Of a stretch of DNA of 64,000 nt, positions 9,842-19,410 are shown piece after piece (the stretch's first letter is position 1; every line of letters begins with the position of its first letter). The DNA comes from a bacterium (GTDB taxonomy: Bacteria; Patescibacteriota; Minisyncoccia; Phycocordibacterales; Zambryskibacteraceae): the NCBI GenBank assembly GCA_030650605.1, contig JAUSDP010000020.1, forward strand, positions 13,486 to 77,485. The letters run 5' to 3'. Position numbers and translations under genes: made by a program. The notes under the pieces were generated by a model. That model saw only the letters and a list, made by a program, of their open reading frames with translations, had not been told where the DNA came from and did not search any database.

Positions 9842-10286
9842 TTGTTCCTTTAACCGCTTCGGATTGTGTCGCTGAAGTTGCTTGTGCCATTTCAGCGCGA
9901 CGACGTTTGGCGATTTCTTTGCTCATTTGACTGCGGCCGAATCCATCGGTAGCAAAGATTGGCTCTCGACAGGTTGGACATATCGGCACCATTGTTTGGC
10001 TGCGCCACGCCGCCTCAACCAGTTGGGCTGCCTTTAAATGAAGAGTCTTTTTTTCGATTGATGCCTGTTCATCGTACTTGCGCTGCAACTTAGCGAATGC
10101 CTTCTGGTAGTGCTCTGACAGCATTTGCAACGCCCAGAACGCCGACACCTGTTTCTTGCAGTCGTCGCACGTTACGATGTCGCCTTCGCCGTCCATCGAC
10201 AGGTGCATGTGTTTGCACTCGGTCGATGACCATGACCGCCTCGTTCTGGTCAATCGCATTTCCTCAATTTGGATTACATTACTCAT
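9825..10286 (-). CDS. zinc-finger protein (CxxC ... CxxC)
   Basis: CDDCKK ... CPTCRE motifs. Confidence 0.4.
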   Translation of the reverse strand: MSNVIQIEEMRLTRTRRSWSSTECKHMHLSMDGEGDIVTCDDCKKQVSAFWALQMLSEHYQKAFAKLQRKYDEQASIEKKTLHLKAAQLVEAAWRSQTMVPICPTCREPIFATDGFGRSQMSKEIAKRRRAEMAQATSATQSEAVKGTIDENN

Positions 10287-10538
10287 ACGGTTATGGTATT
10301 TTTTTTGGAAGAGGAAATTTTTTCATTTGGATTAAGTTTCTTAAAAACCTATTTGAAACTTTTCCAATTTAACGCTGGTGTCGACAGAGATTTAACTACA
10401 TCGACACTACTTGCCATGTTGCGTTTGCCAGATCTCACCAAAGTGAGGGGACCGCCAGCTGATAAATGGTTTTGTCTAGCGCGATCCACTGAACGTTGAA
10501 TTTTAGATTTTTGGGTGAGTGACATAAAAACTGTTCCG

Positions 10539-11102
10539 TTAATTGACAGTAATTGCTTTGTGAATCGTAACCGGGCTCATGCCATTCATCATCATCGCTA
10601 TCTGACGAATACGCGCCCTTTCTTCCGGTGTCTTTTGCTCATCATGAGTTTCTTCGCTATCGTCGAGAGAAGGCGCGTAAAGTTTATTTTTATGGATAAA
10701 TGCAGTAAGCAACTTAGTCATCTCTGCGTGAAGGGCTATTTGTAAGATCGCGAACATGAATTCCACTTCAATATGTTCAGCCGGAGTCAATTCGTAGGAA
10801 CACTTTGTTCTAACGCGTTTGACAGATCGCACCATGATTTCGTTCTTCCCGGTCACCTTCCTAACTATCTGAGCTAACAAGATGCGTTCATTTTCGCCAG
10901 AATAAGTCAACTCGACCCAAGCCCTTTTTGCGTCATTTTGGCTGACATCTTCCAAAGTAAGGCCATATTTGAGAAGCATTTTTGCCAGCATGGCTTCGGC
11001 AGCTGCTTTCTCTCCGTCTACACCTCGTTCTGCTAACGCCAAAATTTTCTTGATTCGGCGCATGACGTCATCGGACAATTTATTCATCTGTCTATTTTCC
11101 AA
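10539..11102 (-). CDS. DUF2786-like protein
   Basis: N-terminal RIKKILALAERGVDGEKAAAEAMLAKMLLKYGL resembles the DUF2786 signature common in plasmids and phages. Confidence 0.45.
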   Translation of the reverse strand: MENRQMNKLSDDVMRRIKKILALAERGVDGEKAAAEAMLAKMLLKYGLTLEDVSQNDAKRAWVELTYSGENERILLAQIVRKVTGKNEIMVRSVKRVRTKCSYELTPAEHIEVEFMFAILQIALHAEMTKLLTAFIHKNKLYAPSLDDSEETHDEQKTPEERARIRQIAMMMNGMSPVTIHKAITVN

Positions 11103-11282
11103 TAATAAGTACGAGAATGAACACTATCGCAAGCAAGGCAATTAGTTTCGCGATTTGCCAACGAGCAGCATCTTCACCAGCGTGTTTGCCACGGACGTAT
11201 GCTTTCTGTTCTGGCGTAATTGCGACGTGTTCCTCAAGGCTTCTAGTTAGGCGTTCAAAATCTGGCATAGTTTCTGGTCACG

Positions 11283-11786
11283 TTAGGACACAACTTCGAT
11301 TGGAGAAAAAATTTCGTCAATTTTCGGACGAGATAAGAACTCGTTTTTTAGGGCCACTCTTAGTCCTTTTCCTAGCGTTCCAAATAGGCCATACGATTTC
11401 CAGTTGCATGGATCTTTTTTAGTTGATGAAACAGCGTTGCACTCATACGGATTGGTTGACTCGCCAGAACATGATGGGCACCGATATTTTCCAGACGGAT
11501 AGCGCTTTTTAAACGCTTCAATATCATCAAATAGAACCACGCTCTCCAAACTTGGGAAATTCGCCTCCTGATAATAATTGGATGCCGAGTAGTCTCGCTT
11601 TGCCTCGATCGCCATCAATATATCTGGCTCTGATTGACCCAATATTCGAGAATATTCACACAGTGTTTTCGTGATAAACATTAACAGATCGTTGGCTCGC
11701 CCTTCACCCACTGCGCCAGGCCAAGAATTTCGCGCTTGGTCGGCTAATTTGTTAAGTGTTAATTGCAATTCTTCTGAACTACTCAT
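11283..11786 (-). CDS. hypothetical protein
   Basis: 167-aa ORF. Confidence 0.4.
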   Translation of the reverse strand: MSSSEELQLTLNKLADQARNSWPGAVGEGRANDLLMFITKTLCEYSRILGQSEPDILMAIEAKRDYSASNYYQEANFPSLESVVLFDDIEAFKKRYPSGKYRCPSCSGESTNPYECNAVSSTKKDPCNWKSYGLFGTLGKGLRVALKNEFLSRPKIDEIFSPIEVVS

Positions 11787-11913
11787 TTCAGTCTCCTTTT
11801 AATCATATTGATTTATACGATACATTAAAATTTAACCGTGTCAAATAATTCAAATCAAAAAGAAACGCCCTACAGGTGCTTCGTAGGGCGATAAGCAAAT
11901 TGAAATGGAAATA

Positions 11914-12894
11914 TTAATGCTTTGGACCGATGGCGCTTTCTTCTTCAGAATGTTCATGCGCAATGTGTGATCCATTATTTATCGTGGATTCATGTTTTTT
12001 TGAAGCGTCTGCCTTCTCTATTTCCATCAAGTTGGCGGAAAAGTCTGCTGTAATGGATTCAATACCGGCGATCGCCTTTCTAGCCAAACCGCTGACAAAT
12101 GATGTTGCCGTCATCTCGGTCGCTTTTGCAACATTGACGGTTTTGGCGACAAAAGCGTCACCCGCCTGAACAACGGTCGAGATTCGCGAACTTGCCGCAA
12201 CAACCGTGCGATCACGCATTTCCTTAGCTTCATGGATCGTAAATTGGATTATTTCGGCGCTAGCATCTGCAATGCTGATCGCTTTCGCTTTGGCAGTACT
12301 AATGACTTTCGCGGGAATGCCCTTGATCACAGCGGCCATTTTCCCCATGAAATTGGCGACTCGCCTCACTTCGTCAATAAATGCGGTGGTGACTTCCTGC
12401 CCGGTCTTGATTTTTTGGCTGGCCTGCGTTTTGGTGGCATCTATTTTCAATAGAACCGATTCAATAAATGGACTGTTTTTGATGTTTTCAGCAAATACTT
12501 CAAGCTTTTCTTTTGCATTTTCCATCGATTTCGAACTGCGATCAAACAGGGTTTCGGCTTGTTTTACGTTTCCATTGCGGAAAGATAATACGCCTTCAAG
12601 AGCGGCAATTCGGGAATCCAAAACATCCAATTTTGCGGCATTCACTTTGGTAAGAGCCTTTTCGGCCGCAAGTGAATCTTCTAACGCACGAATCCTGTTA
12701 CTTGCCAAACGAAGGGCTAAAGTTGATTCGTTCACGTTAAGCAAAGCGGCCTCTTCGAACTCCTCCATCTTGGCCTCGATTACGTCATAGCCTGCAGTTG
12801 CATTTAAAGGGCCATCATTGAGTTCCAAGTTGAAGTCTTCATTCCGCAGAATTGGTTCTTTTCGTACATCTTCATTTGCTATGTTCAGGCCCAT
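11914..12894 (-). CDS. coiled-coil protein
   Basis: 326 aa with long heptad-like A/L/E/K-rich stretches. Confidence 0.45.
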   Translation of the reverse strand: MGLNIANEDVRKEPILRNEDFNLELNDGPLNATAGYDVIEAKMEEFEEAALLNVNESTLALRLASNRIRALEDSLAAEKALTKVNAAKLDVLDSRIAALEGVLSFRNGNVKQAETLFDRSSKSMENAKEKLEVFAENIKNSPFIESVLLKIDATKTQASQKIKTGQEVTTAFIDEVRRVANFMGKMAAVIKGIPAKVISTAKAKAISIADASAEIIQFTIHEAKEMRDRTVVAASSRISTVVQAGDAFVAKTVNVAKATEMTATSFVSGLARKAIAGIESITADFSANLMEIEKADASKKHESTINNGSHIAHEHSEEESAIGPKH

Positions 12895-13180
12895 ATCATC
12901 ACTCCTTCATTATTGTGGGCAAGATGCCCAAAGAGAACATTCAAGTAAAATTACTTTACCGTAGATATAATAATATACTAAATATGAATCGTTTCAAAAT
13001 TCGCTTCATAAATCGTCACTTCCATAAAATAATGCAATGAGACTATGAAAAATTCATTTCTCATTGCCAAATTAAATAGCAATAGAAGTTTCTTGCTCGT
13101 GATGCGATAAACACTTAAAATTCTTCGTATGTTAGTGTATCTACGAATCAACAATTAACAAATTAAGAATACAACACTCG

Positions 13181-13927
13181 ATGAATACGAATCTGGGCAA
13201 TAAAAAATATTTCACAGTGACTTCACATAATTACGGTGCGGCTTACTTCGAGTTGCAACCCATTCTTAGGTTAATTGATGGTGAGATATTTGGTTATGAA
13301 ATTCTTTTTCGAGGTGAAAAAAAAATACCGTGGTTGGAAGTTGATCGATTAGTCGTTTCATATTTGTCTCTCAATCAGATGCATTCGACGTCTCTATTCG
13401 TCAATTTGAGCCATGAAGGATTACTTGATATCCCTGATGAGCAGTTTATTGACCTTACAAGAAAAAATAGGATTTATTTTGAGCTGACAGAATCCGAAAG
13501 CGAAGAAGCGATACACGCGGCATCCGCCATAAAAGTTAACAGACTTGCAGATCAAGGCGTCTTATTTGCGATTGATGATTATGGAAGCGGCAGAGACGGC
13601 AATCTCCGAGTTGAAGAGCTATCAAAAGTTGAAATCGTAAAAATAGATAAAGATCTTTTGATCTCCATGATGCTCGATGAGTGCATACGAAGTTCCACCG
13701 ATATTTTTTTAAAAAAATGCGTTTCACTCGGCATTCAAACCCTTGCAGAAGGCGTTGAAACAAAGGACTTACTTCAGTTTGCCCGTTCACGAAATTTCAA
13801 TTTCGCACAAGGATTTTACATCGATGAAATCACCTCTGTCCTTCCTCATGCACTTCACAGTTTTAAAACTGAAGCCATCAAACTTAATGCTAAAGATGTT
13901 TGGACCGAAACATGGGAACTTAGATGA
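13181..13927 (+). CDS. standalone EAL-domain protein (c-di-GMP phosphodiesterase family)
   Basis: EIL(EAL)xR, AIDDYGSG, KIDKDL, AEGVET and QGFY motifs in canonical order. Confidence 0.8.
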   Translation: MNTNLGNKKYFTVTSHNYGAAYFELQPILRLIDGEIFGYEILFRGEKKIPWLEVDRLVVSYLSLNQMHSTSLFVNLSHEGLLDIPDEQFIDLTRKNRIYFELTESESEEAIHAASAIKVNRLADQGVLFAIDDYGSGRDGNLRVEELSKVEIVKIDKDLLISMMLDECIRSSTDIFLKKCVSLGIQTLAEGVETKDLLQFARSRNFNFAQGFYIDEITSVLPHALHSFKTEAIKLNAKDVWTETWELR

Positions 13928-14576
13928 AGTAGAGGCTAAGAGAGCCCTAGTGGCGATCTCAAAACGCTTTGGTCTTTCACTGTCATGGGCAGTTGATTCG
14001 TCACCTGAAAATTTATATGTGATTCATCAGGTTATTACCGATGAAAAGGAAATTCTCGGTAGCGGCATGCTACGCGAGGAGGCGATAAAAGAAGTCTATT
14101 CAAAATGCCTTTCAACGATTCCGGTTCATGCTCAAACAATTGGCGAGTTCAGGGCAAATACCCTGGTTATCCCCGTAAGTGAAATCCGGGACAAACCAGA
14201 TACAAGAAGGGAGATTCCCCATTTGATCGTGATAAATGATCCTCTTCTATTTAATACAAAATTTCATAGTGACGAAACCGCACTAGAAAATGAACTTGGT
14301 CGAATTTTTGATCGAGGTTATTTTCCCAAAACCATCGATCGAAAGGAATGGATTGAGTCCGGAGTACAAGACCTAATGAAACCATTCAAAAATCATCTAA
14401 TTTTTTTCACCCTTCCAGGCAGCAAAAACGTCATTTTCTCCAAAACGTTCGATACCGATGTCGCTTTTCTTTTTCATAAAAACGAAGTTTCGAACGCGCT
14501 CAATCGCGGCGATGAGGTTCCTAATGAGGTGCTGTTGGATTACCCAGATCTTAAGAAACTATTTACCAATCACTAA
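13887..14576 (+). CDS. hypothetical protein (start uncertain; overlaps the EAL 3' end)
   Basis: ORF 13743-14576; first in-frame ATG near the EAL stop is at 13887. Confidence 0.4.
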   Translation: MLKMFGPKHGNLDEVEAKRALVAISKRFGLSLSWAVDSSPENLYVIHQVITDEKEILGSGMLREEAIKEVYSKCLSTIPVHAQTIGEFRANTLVIPVSEIRDKPDTRREIPHLIVINDPLLFNTKFHSDETALENELGRIFDRGYFPKTIDRKEWIESGVQDLMKPFKNHLIFFTLPGSKNVIFSKTFDTDVAFLFHKNEVSNALNRGDEVPNEVLLDYPDLKKLFTNH

Positions 14577-14872
14577 ATACCTGAATTTCAAATTTCAAAT
14601 CCCAATGCAATCAATTATTCAACACACTAATTCAGTTTGCCACACCTCCCGCAATGACCTGGAGACGCTAACCACGCCTCCTCATGAGCATTGCAGCATC
14701 ACACAAGGACACATCATGTCGCTGCGCATGATTGAAGCTTCCAGAGCGATTGCGGCCATTACTAAGGAATCTTTGGGCCAACACTTCATTGACCGCCGTT
14801 CTCGACGAAAGAAATTATTGAATCAAAATTTCACTGCCAATTCCGAAAACCGCCATATGAAAGAGCCAGAAA

Positions 14873-15697
14873 ATGAAATTCTTACGTAACGATGACAGCG
14901 ACCTATTTTCCTCCCGTGAGGCACGACTCGCCGCGATAAAAAATGCCGCTCCGCGAACCGAACTATTTCAAGGCGTAGCCAACACGGCCGCATTGGACAG
15001 TATTTTCAAATTACGATTTGATGTTTACTGCAAAGAAAAGAATTTCCTTCCTGCGGTCGACTATCCGGAATGCATTGAATATGATGAATACGATGCTCGT
15101 GCCGCCCATATTGCGTGCTATTCGCCTGACGACATTATTTTAGGTTGTGTGCGATTAGTCACGCCGACGACCGGACAAGATTTCCCATTTCAGTTGCATT
15201 GTGCGACTTTTCCTGACTTTATTGCCCCATTGAGAGCAGAGGCTGTTGAAATATCAAGATTAATGCTTAACAAAGTAAGGCGTAATCGTCAGAAGGATTC
15301 GTTTCTTGGCGTACCTGCCGATTTGATAGGGGATATCGATGGGGTGATTCCACGTCAAAAAACAACTTTGCAATTGCAAAATAGCCGCTTGGCTGGAAAT
15401 CAATTGCTTTTGCTATCCATGTTTCGTGCAATGTACCAACATTGTAAAGTCAATGGCATTCGATACTGGTATGCGTCCATGGAATTGCCGCTGGCCAGGC
15501 AACTTGCTGGCATGGGTTTTCGATTCACACCTATCGGTCCTGAAGCATCTTATTATGGAATAGTGACACCATTCATTGCTGACATTCTGTTCCTCGAAGA
15601 AGAAATGCAAAAAAATTCTTGGGAATTATGGCAATGGTTTTCGACGGTACTTGAAATACCTACTTTGCAGGATGAATACGATGAGATGCTAGCGTGA
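14873..15697 (+). CDS. GNAT-fold N-acyltransferase, LuxI/FeeM-like N-acyl amino acid synthase family
   Basis: KLRFDVYCKEKNFLP resembles the RxxVFxxExGW core of autoinducer or N-acyl amino acid synthases; length 274 aa. Confidence 0.55.
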   Translation: MKFLRNDDSDLFSSREARLAAIKNAAPRTELFQGVANTAALDSIFKLRFDVYCKEKNFLPAVDYPECIEYDEYDARAAHIACYSPDDIILGCVRLVTPTTGQDFPFQLHCATFPDFIAPLRAEAVEISRLMLNKVRRNRQKDSFLGVPADLIGDIDGVIPRQKTTLQLQNSRLAGNQLLLLSMFRAMYQHCKVNGIRYWYASMELPLARQLAGMGFRFTPIGPEASYYGIVTPFIADILFLEEEMQKNSWELWQWFSTVLEIPTLQDEYDEMLA

Positions 15698-15719
15698 AGA
15701 TGCTGAAAATTTCTTCTAT

Positions 15720-16220
15720 CTACCAAGGCCAAAGTTTATGAATGTGCACAAAATCGGATTCCATCACAGCTAACATTGGAGTTAGTGGCGTAATGAGATG
15801 CTCCCCTTGAAGTCGCACATTATCATACGTATTAATTGCTGGGTGTCCATTATGCTCAGTGAGTTCTATATGACGAATGTGGTCCGGAACAAAGAGAATG
15901 CGTTTTTCTTGATCCTGCCTGGGAGTTACATCAATGAGGTCACCATTGGGGCTTTTCCAGACTGAGTGAAAAATAGCTTCACAAAATTGTGCATTTTTGT
16001 CTTGACCGAGAATCCATCCAGCTTGTACGCTCCCCTCATCTTTTTCCCATTTTAGCCAAGCATTGAAATGACACATGGCGCCTTCAGGTAAAAAATGATC
16101 TGGTTTCTTGTACTTAAGTGACACTACGCTTTGTTCACTCAATTCCAAATATCGAAGGAGCACGCTTAGATGTGCATCTACCTTCTTTGGCGATCGTACG
16201 CGCAGACGGGAGCTAATCAT
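15720..16220 (-). CDS. hypothetical protein
   Basis: 166-aa ORF. Confidence 0.4.
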   Translation of the reverse strand: MISSRLRVRSPKKVDAHLSVLLRYLELSEQSVVSLKYKKPDHFLPEGAMCHFNAWLKWEKDEGSVQAGWILGQDKNAQFCEAIFHSVWKSPNGDLIDVTPRQDQEKRILFVPDHIRHIELTEHNGHPAINTYDNVRLQGEHLITPLTPMLAVMESDFVHIHKLWPW

Positions 16221-16261
16221 CAGGGGAAATTGGCTGGATCAGTGGAGGTTGATCAATCACA

Positions 16262-16543
16262 TTAGTAGTGGACAGTCATTGTCTCACCCGTTCGAACACC
16301 ACCAAATCTCTGCCATTGAAATTGCACTTCCGGCGCACGACGACGAATTGCAATTTCGAGATCGTCAATTGACGGAAATTCCGCTTCTGGGGAAATAATG
16401 TTTACACGGAGTGTTTTTGGTCCTGTGCTATCAATCTCTTTCAACTGAAACTCAGAACCCAATGCAAATTCAAGATTGACAAGATGGTCAGCAGTTGCGG
16501 TGCCAAGCGGTACAAAAAGTTGAACGTCCAAAATATCAAACAT
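16262..16543 (-). CDS. hypothetical protein
   Basis: 93-aa ORF. Confidence 0.35.
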   Translation of the reverse strand: MFDILDVQLFVPLGTATADHLVNLEFALGSEFQLKEIDSTGPKTLRVNIISPEAEFPSIDDLEIAIRRRAPEVQFQWQRFGGVRTGETMTVHY

Positions 16544-16795
16544 ACTGCGTTACTCCCTATATGAACCTCAGTTTTCCAGTTGTACTTTTACGCACTTGGT
16601 TTTTGAGTTCTTTGGTATATGTTGGTGCGTAATTGCCTTTGCGATTCCCAACTCTTTCGCCGCATCACTATTTTCGGCAGTGATGAGAAACTCATACGAC
16701 TTCGTAATCTCAATTAATACGCGATATGTAGCGCTACCAATTTCATTCACCATACTTTCCCGCTCTACTGGATCTGTGCGTTAATACTCGTCCCA

Positions 16796-17095
16796 TTACA
16801 TGAAAGGTGTCCAGGCGGCCTGTTCGTTCTTCAGGTGCTCAACCTCTATTAGCAGTGCCTCTGAGTCATTTTCAAGAGAAAACGGGTCACCAATTTTTGG
16901 TTGATTTCTGATGGAACTAACAATTTCGATCTGTCTTGAGTCGGCAAATAATACTTTTATGGTTGCCACCAACTTCAATAAGTTTGGAGGAACAACTGAC
17001 GGTGTTGGGTATCTTGCGGCATCAAATTCGTGCCCGGTCGCGTTCTTATATTCTTCGATTTTTTCTCTGCATGTGTTGTTCATATTTTTCCTCAT
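16796..17095 (-). CDS. hypothetical protein
   Basis: 99-aa ORF. Confidence 0.35.
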   Translation of the reverse strand: MRKNMNNTCREKIEEYKNATGHEFDAARYPTPSVVPPNLLKLVATIKVLFADSRQIEIVSSIRNQPKIGDPFSLENDSEALLIEVEHLKNEQAAWTPFM

Positions 17096-17301
17096 TTAAG
17101 ATATTCAACGTTGTACGTTGGATGCAAAATCATTCTGCCACGATAATTGGGGACTCGATCATCGACCAACACCCGCAGACGGCCATTCAGAGCTGATTTG
17201 ATCGTACAAAAAAAATTTGTGCCACGATCATCAATAAACTTTACGCGACCACCAATTTTTGCTGGCACTCCGTAGGTCTTTCGAATGTATTCGATACTCA
17301 C
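17092..17301 (-). CDS. hypothetical protein
   Basis: 69-aa ORF overlapping its upstream neighbour by 4 nt. Confidence 0.35.
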   Translation of the reverse strand: MSIEYIRKTYGVPAKIGGRVKFIDDRGTNFFCTIKSALNGRLRVLVDDRVPNYRGRMILHPTYNVEYLK

Positions 17302-17316
17302 GATTGTTCCTTTGAT

Positions 17317-17466
17317 TTAACGTTTTTTTGTGATTCTTGTGCAACAGATTGGGCATGTGAAGCAATCTGTATTCCCTACAGTGAATTTGTGAAATAACCA
17401 ATGTGGCGTAGATGCCCATGGATGAAGGGTTATTGCGGCTTCATATTTGCAGTTGGCACAGATCAC
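17317..17466 (-). CDS. 49-aa zinc-ribbon protein (GTG start)
   Basis: Not in the track; AAGAGGAAAA RBS then GTG; CANC ... CPIC cysteine pairs. Confidence 0.3.
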   Translation of the reverse strand: MICANCKYEAAITLHPWASTPHWLFHKFTVGNTDCFTCPICCTRITKKR

Positions 17467-17559
17467 AATTTTCCTCTTTGGTTGTTGCTGTCGCGAATAT
17501 TCTGACCGATCAAGAAAACATTTTGAGATACATCATTCGCGTCACATAACTTTGCGTTT

Positions 17560-17931
17560 CTAAATTAATACAACAAGCTCTGAGTATCCCACCAAGACTT
17601 CGTCGTGAGTGAAAAAATACAATCGGTCGCACACAGCCTGTGAGATTAGAATTCTGTCAAACTCATCATCGTTGAGATCGGGAAGGTGCGCGACCATAGC
17701 AGCGTGCGCAGCGGTAACAGGCAATTCCTTAAACCCATTTTGCTCAATAGCTCGTACTAGTGTACCAATCTCATTATCAAGTTTGCCTTTGTGGATAAGA
17801 ATCGATGCCTCCCATATTGATGCTGCGCTCACAAAAACATCGGTCGCCAGTGATATTTTTGTGCGAGCAATTTCCGCTAGTTCTGAACTAAGCCATAGTA
17901 AATATGTGTGTGTATCAAGTAGAATTCGCAT
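17560..17931 (-). CDS. vapC: PIN-domain toxin, VapC family
   Basis: MRILLDTHTYLLWL N-terminus and DRILISQA, classic VapC; GAGGGA RBS before MRILL. Confidence 0.75.
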   Translation of the reverse strand: MRILLDTHTYLLWLSSELAEIARTKISLATDVFVSAASIWEASILIHKGKLDNEIGTLVRAIEQNGFKELPVTAAHAAMVAHLPDLNDDEFDRILISQAVCDRLYFFTHDEVLVGYSELVVLI

Positions 17932-17988
17932 TTTTTGTCCCTCAACGATATTACGCACTTCTGGTTTTATTTCTGAAATTGCTCATGT

Positions 17989-18213
17989 TTATTTCAGACG
18001 TACAAATGAAATGATCGTGACGTAACGATTGCCAGACCAACTTTCTTTGTGCATTTCTTTGATGTGAATGAGTCCTTCATGGCTCATTCTTTCAGCTTCG
18101 GCGACGACAGTTTGAAATCCTTCTAGAGTCCCACCATCTGAGTTATCAGGTTTCATCACGCCTGCGCTTCCAACGTTAGTTGCATCGCAGGTTGTTTGTG
18201 CCACATTGCGCAT
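17989..18213 (-). CDS. putative cognate antitoxin (non-canonical; no recognisable AbrB, RHH or Phd fold)
   Basis: Small ORF 58 nt upstream of vapC on the same strand. Confidence 0.3.
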   Translation of the reverse strand: MRNVAQTTCDATNVGSAGVMKPDNSDGGTLEGFQTVVAEAERMSHEGLIHIKEMHKESWSGNRYVTIISFVRLK

Positions 18214-18221
18214 ATTGCTTC

Positions 18222-18436
18222 CTATTTGTTATACACCTGAATAAGCCAACCGTAACCTGGCGTTGCTTGATCGACTTTGACACGATGGCCCTGATAACAA
18301 AACGCGGCCTGGAATGCCTCAAGTTCTTCCACAACACAAAATGAAAAGCCGTCACCGAACTGACAAAAATTACTGGTCTTAATAACTCTATGTTCGCCGC
18401 CAACCTTCAAGTGTAAATTTCCAAGTTCTCTCGCCA
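18222..18436 (-). CDS. hypothetical protein (start at MARELG with AGGAGAA RBS)
   Basis: The ATG of the longer ORF (18473) lies inside the -10 of promoter B1, so the downstream RBS-supported ATG is preferred. Confidence 0.35.
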
Positions 18437-18471
18437 TGTTAGTTCTCCTAAGATTGTCTGAACGTGGCTCC

Positions 18472-18500
18472 ATAATAGTAACGGTGCGTTACTATGTCAA
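18472..18500 (-). promoter_or_regulatory. sigma70 promoter B1 with a palindromic spacer (TTGACA-TAGTAACGcaCCGTTAC-TATTAT)
   Basis: Reverse complement reads TTGACAtagtaacgcaccgttacTATTAT; spacer is the inverted repeat TAGTAACG/CGTTACTA; second copy at 20525-20553. Confidence 0.5.
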
Positions 18501-18782
18501 GAACAGAATTAACTTGTCTAATTTATTTTTGGGAAGTTCGATGTTCATCGCCGCTAACTCATCTGCCAGAACTTTGCGCATCATGTAACGCCGAACTGTG
18601 ACAGGACAACGTTCCAACTCGTAGCCCCGTCCTGCCACAACGGACGGCCAATTGTGCTTGTAATTTGTTCCAGCAACAGCATTCAAATCAGCGAGTATAT
18701 CAACCATTGGACGACCACTCGCACGTTCTATGGAGATCCAGCGTTCGAACAACCCAGGGATTCGTGTATTCGTCAAATCCAT
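18492..18782 (-). CDS. hypothetical protein
   Basis: 96-aa ORF. Confidence 0.35.
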   Translation of the reverse strand: MDLTNTRIPGLFERWISIERASGRPMVDILADLNAVAGTNYKHNWPSVVAGRGYELERCPVTVRRYMMRKVLADELAAMNIELPKNKLDKLILFLT

Positions 18783-18827
18783 CCGTTCTACCTATCTCGT
18801 AGTTAAATGCATAAGGATTCCTAATAT

Positions 18828-19121
18828 CTAATTTTCAAAGATATCCATCGTATGGATATCTTTCAGAGGGCTCGACAAGGGTATCAAGTCTTTGAGCGGA
18901 GTGTTTTTGTCGCCGCCATAAGGTATGCAATCGCCAGTCCACTCTGGCTCTAATCTAGCCAAATGTTCGAGACTTTCGATCGGTACGGCTGCATCTGTAC
19001 TTAACTCGCTATCGCGAACTATCTCGAAAGAATTTTCCTCCGCGACTAAATGCGCCTGCAGAAGGCTGTCGGCCATTACCACGGCCGTGACCTTCAGCTC
19101 AACAAAATATGGTTTCAACAT
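18828..19121 (-). CDS. hypothetical protein
   Basis: 97-aa ORF. Confidence 0.35.
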   Translation of the reverse strand: MLKPYFVELKVTAVVMADSLLQAHLVAEENSFEIVRDSELSTDAAVPIESLEHLARLEPEWTGDCIPYGGDKNTPLKDLIPLSSPLKDIHTMDIFEN

Positions 19122-19410
19122 GTCTGTTCCCGTTTGGAATTCTATAAATGATACGCTTCAATGAAAACCGAAATTTTAAATGTTCAAACTCTTCCACGAC
19201 TTTTCTCTATTTTAATTTAAAAAAACGCCTCGCCAAAAACAAGCAAATGATGAATAACACAAACGTGACGGATGATGTGCGACCTCTGATTGCAAACGCA
19301 AAAATGAGCGTCAAGAATCCACACAATACCAATAGCGTGGCGACGCCGGCCTTACTGTCAAGTAGCCGTAGTCCAAACACAACGAATATCCATCTCATCA
19401 TTTAATTCCT

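Noticed and set aside
12206-12790. Plus-strand 194-aa ORF inside the coiled-coil gene
   Set aside because: It is an antisense shadow with highly hydrophobic/low-complexity content and no RBS.
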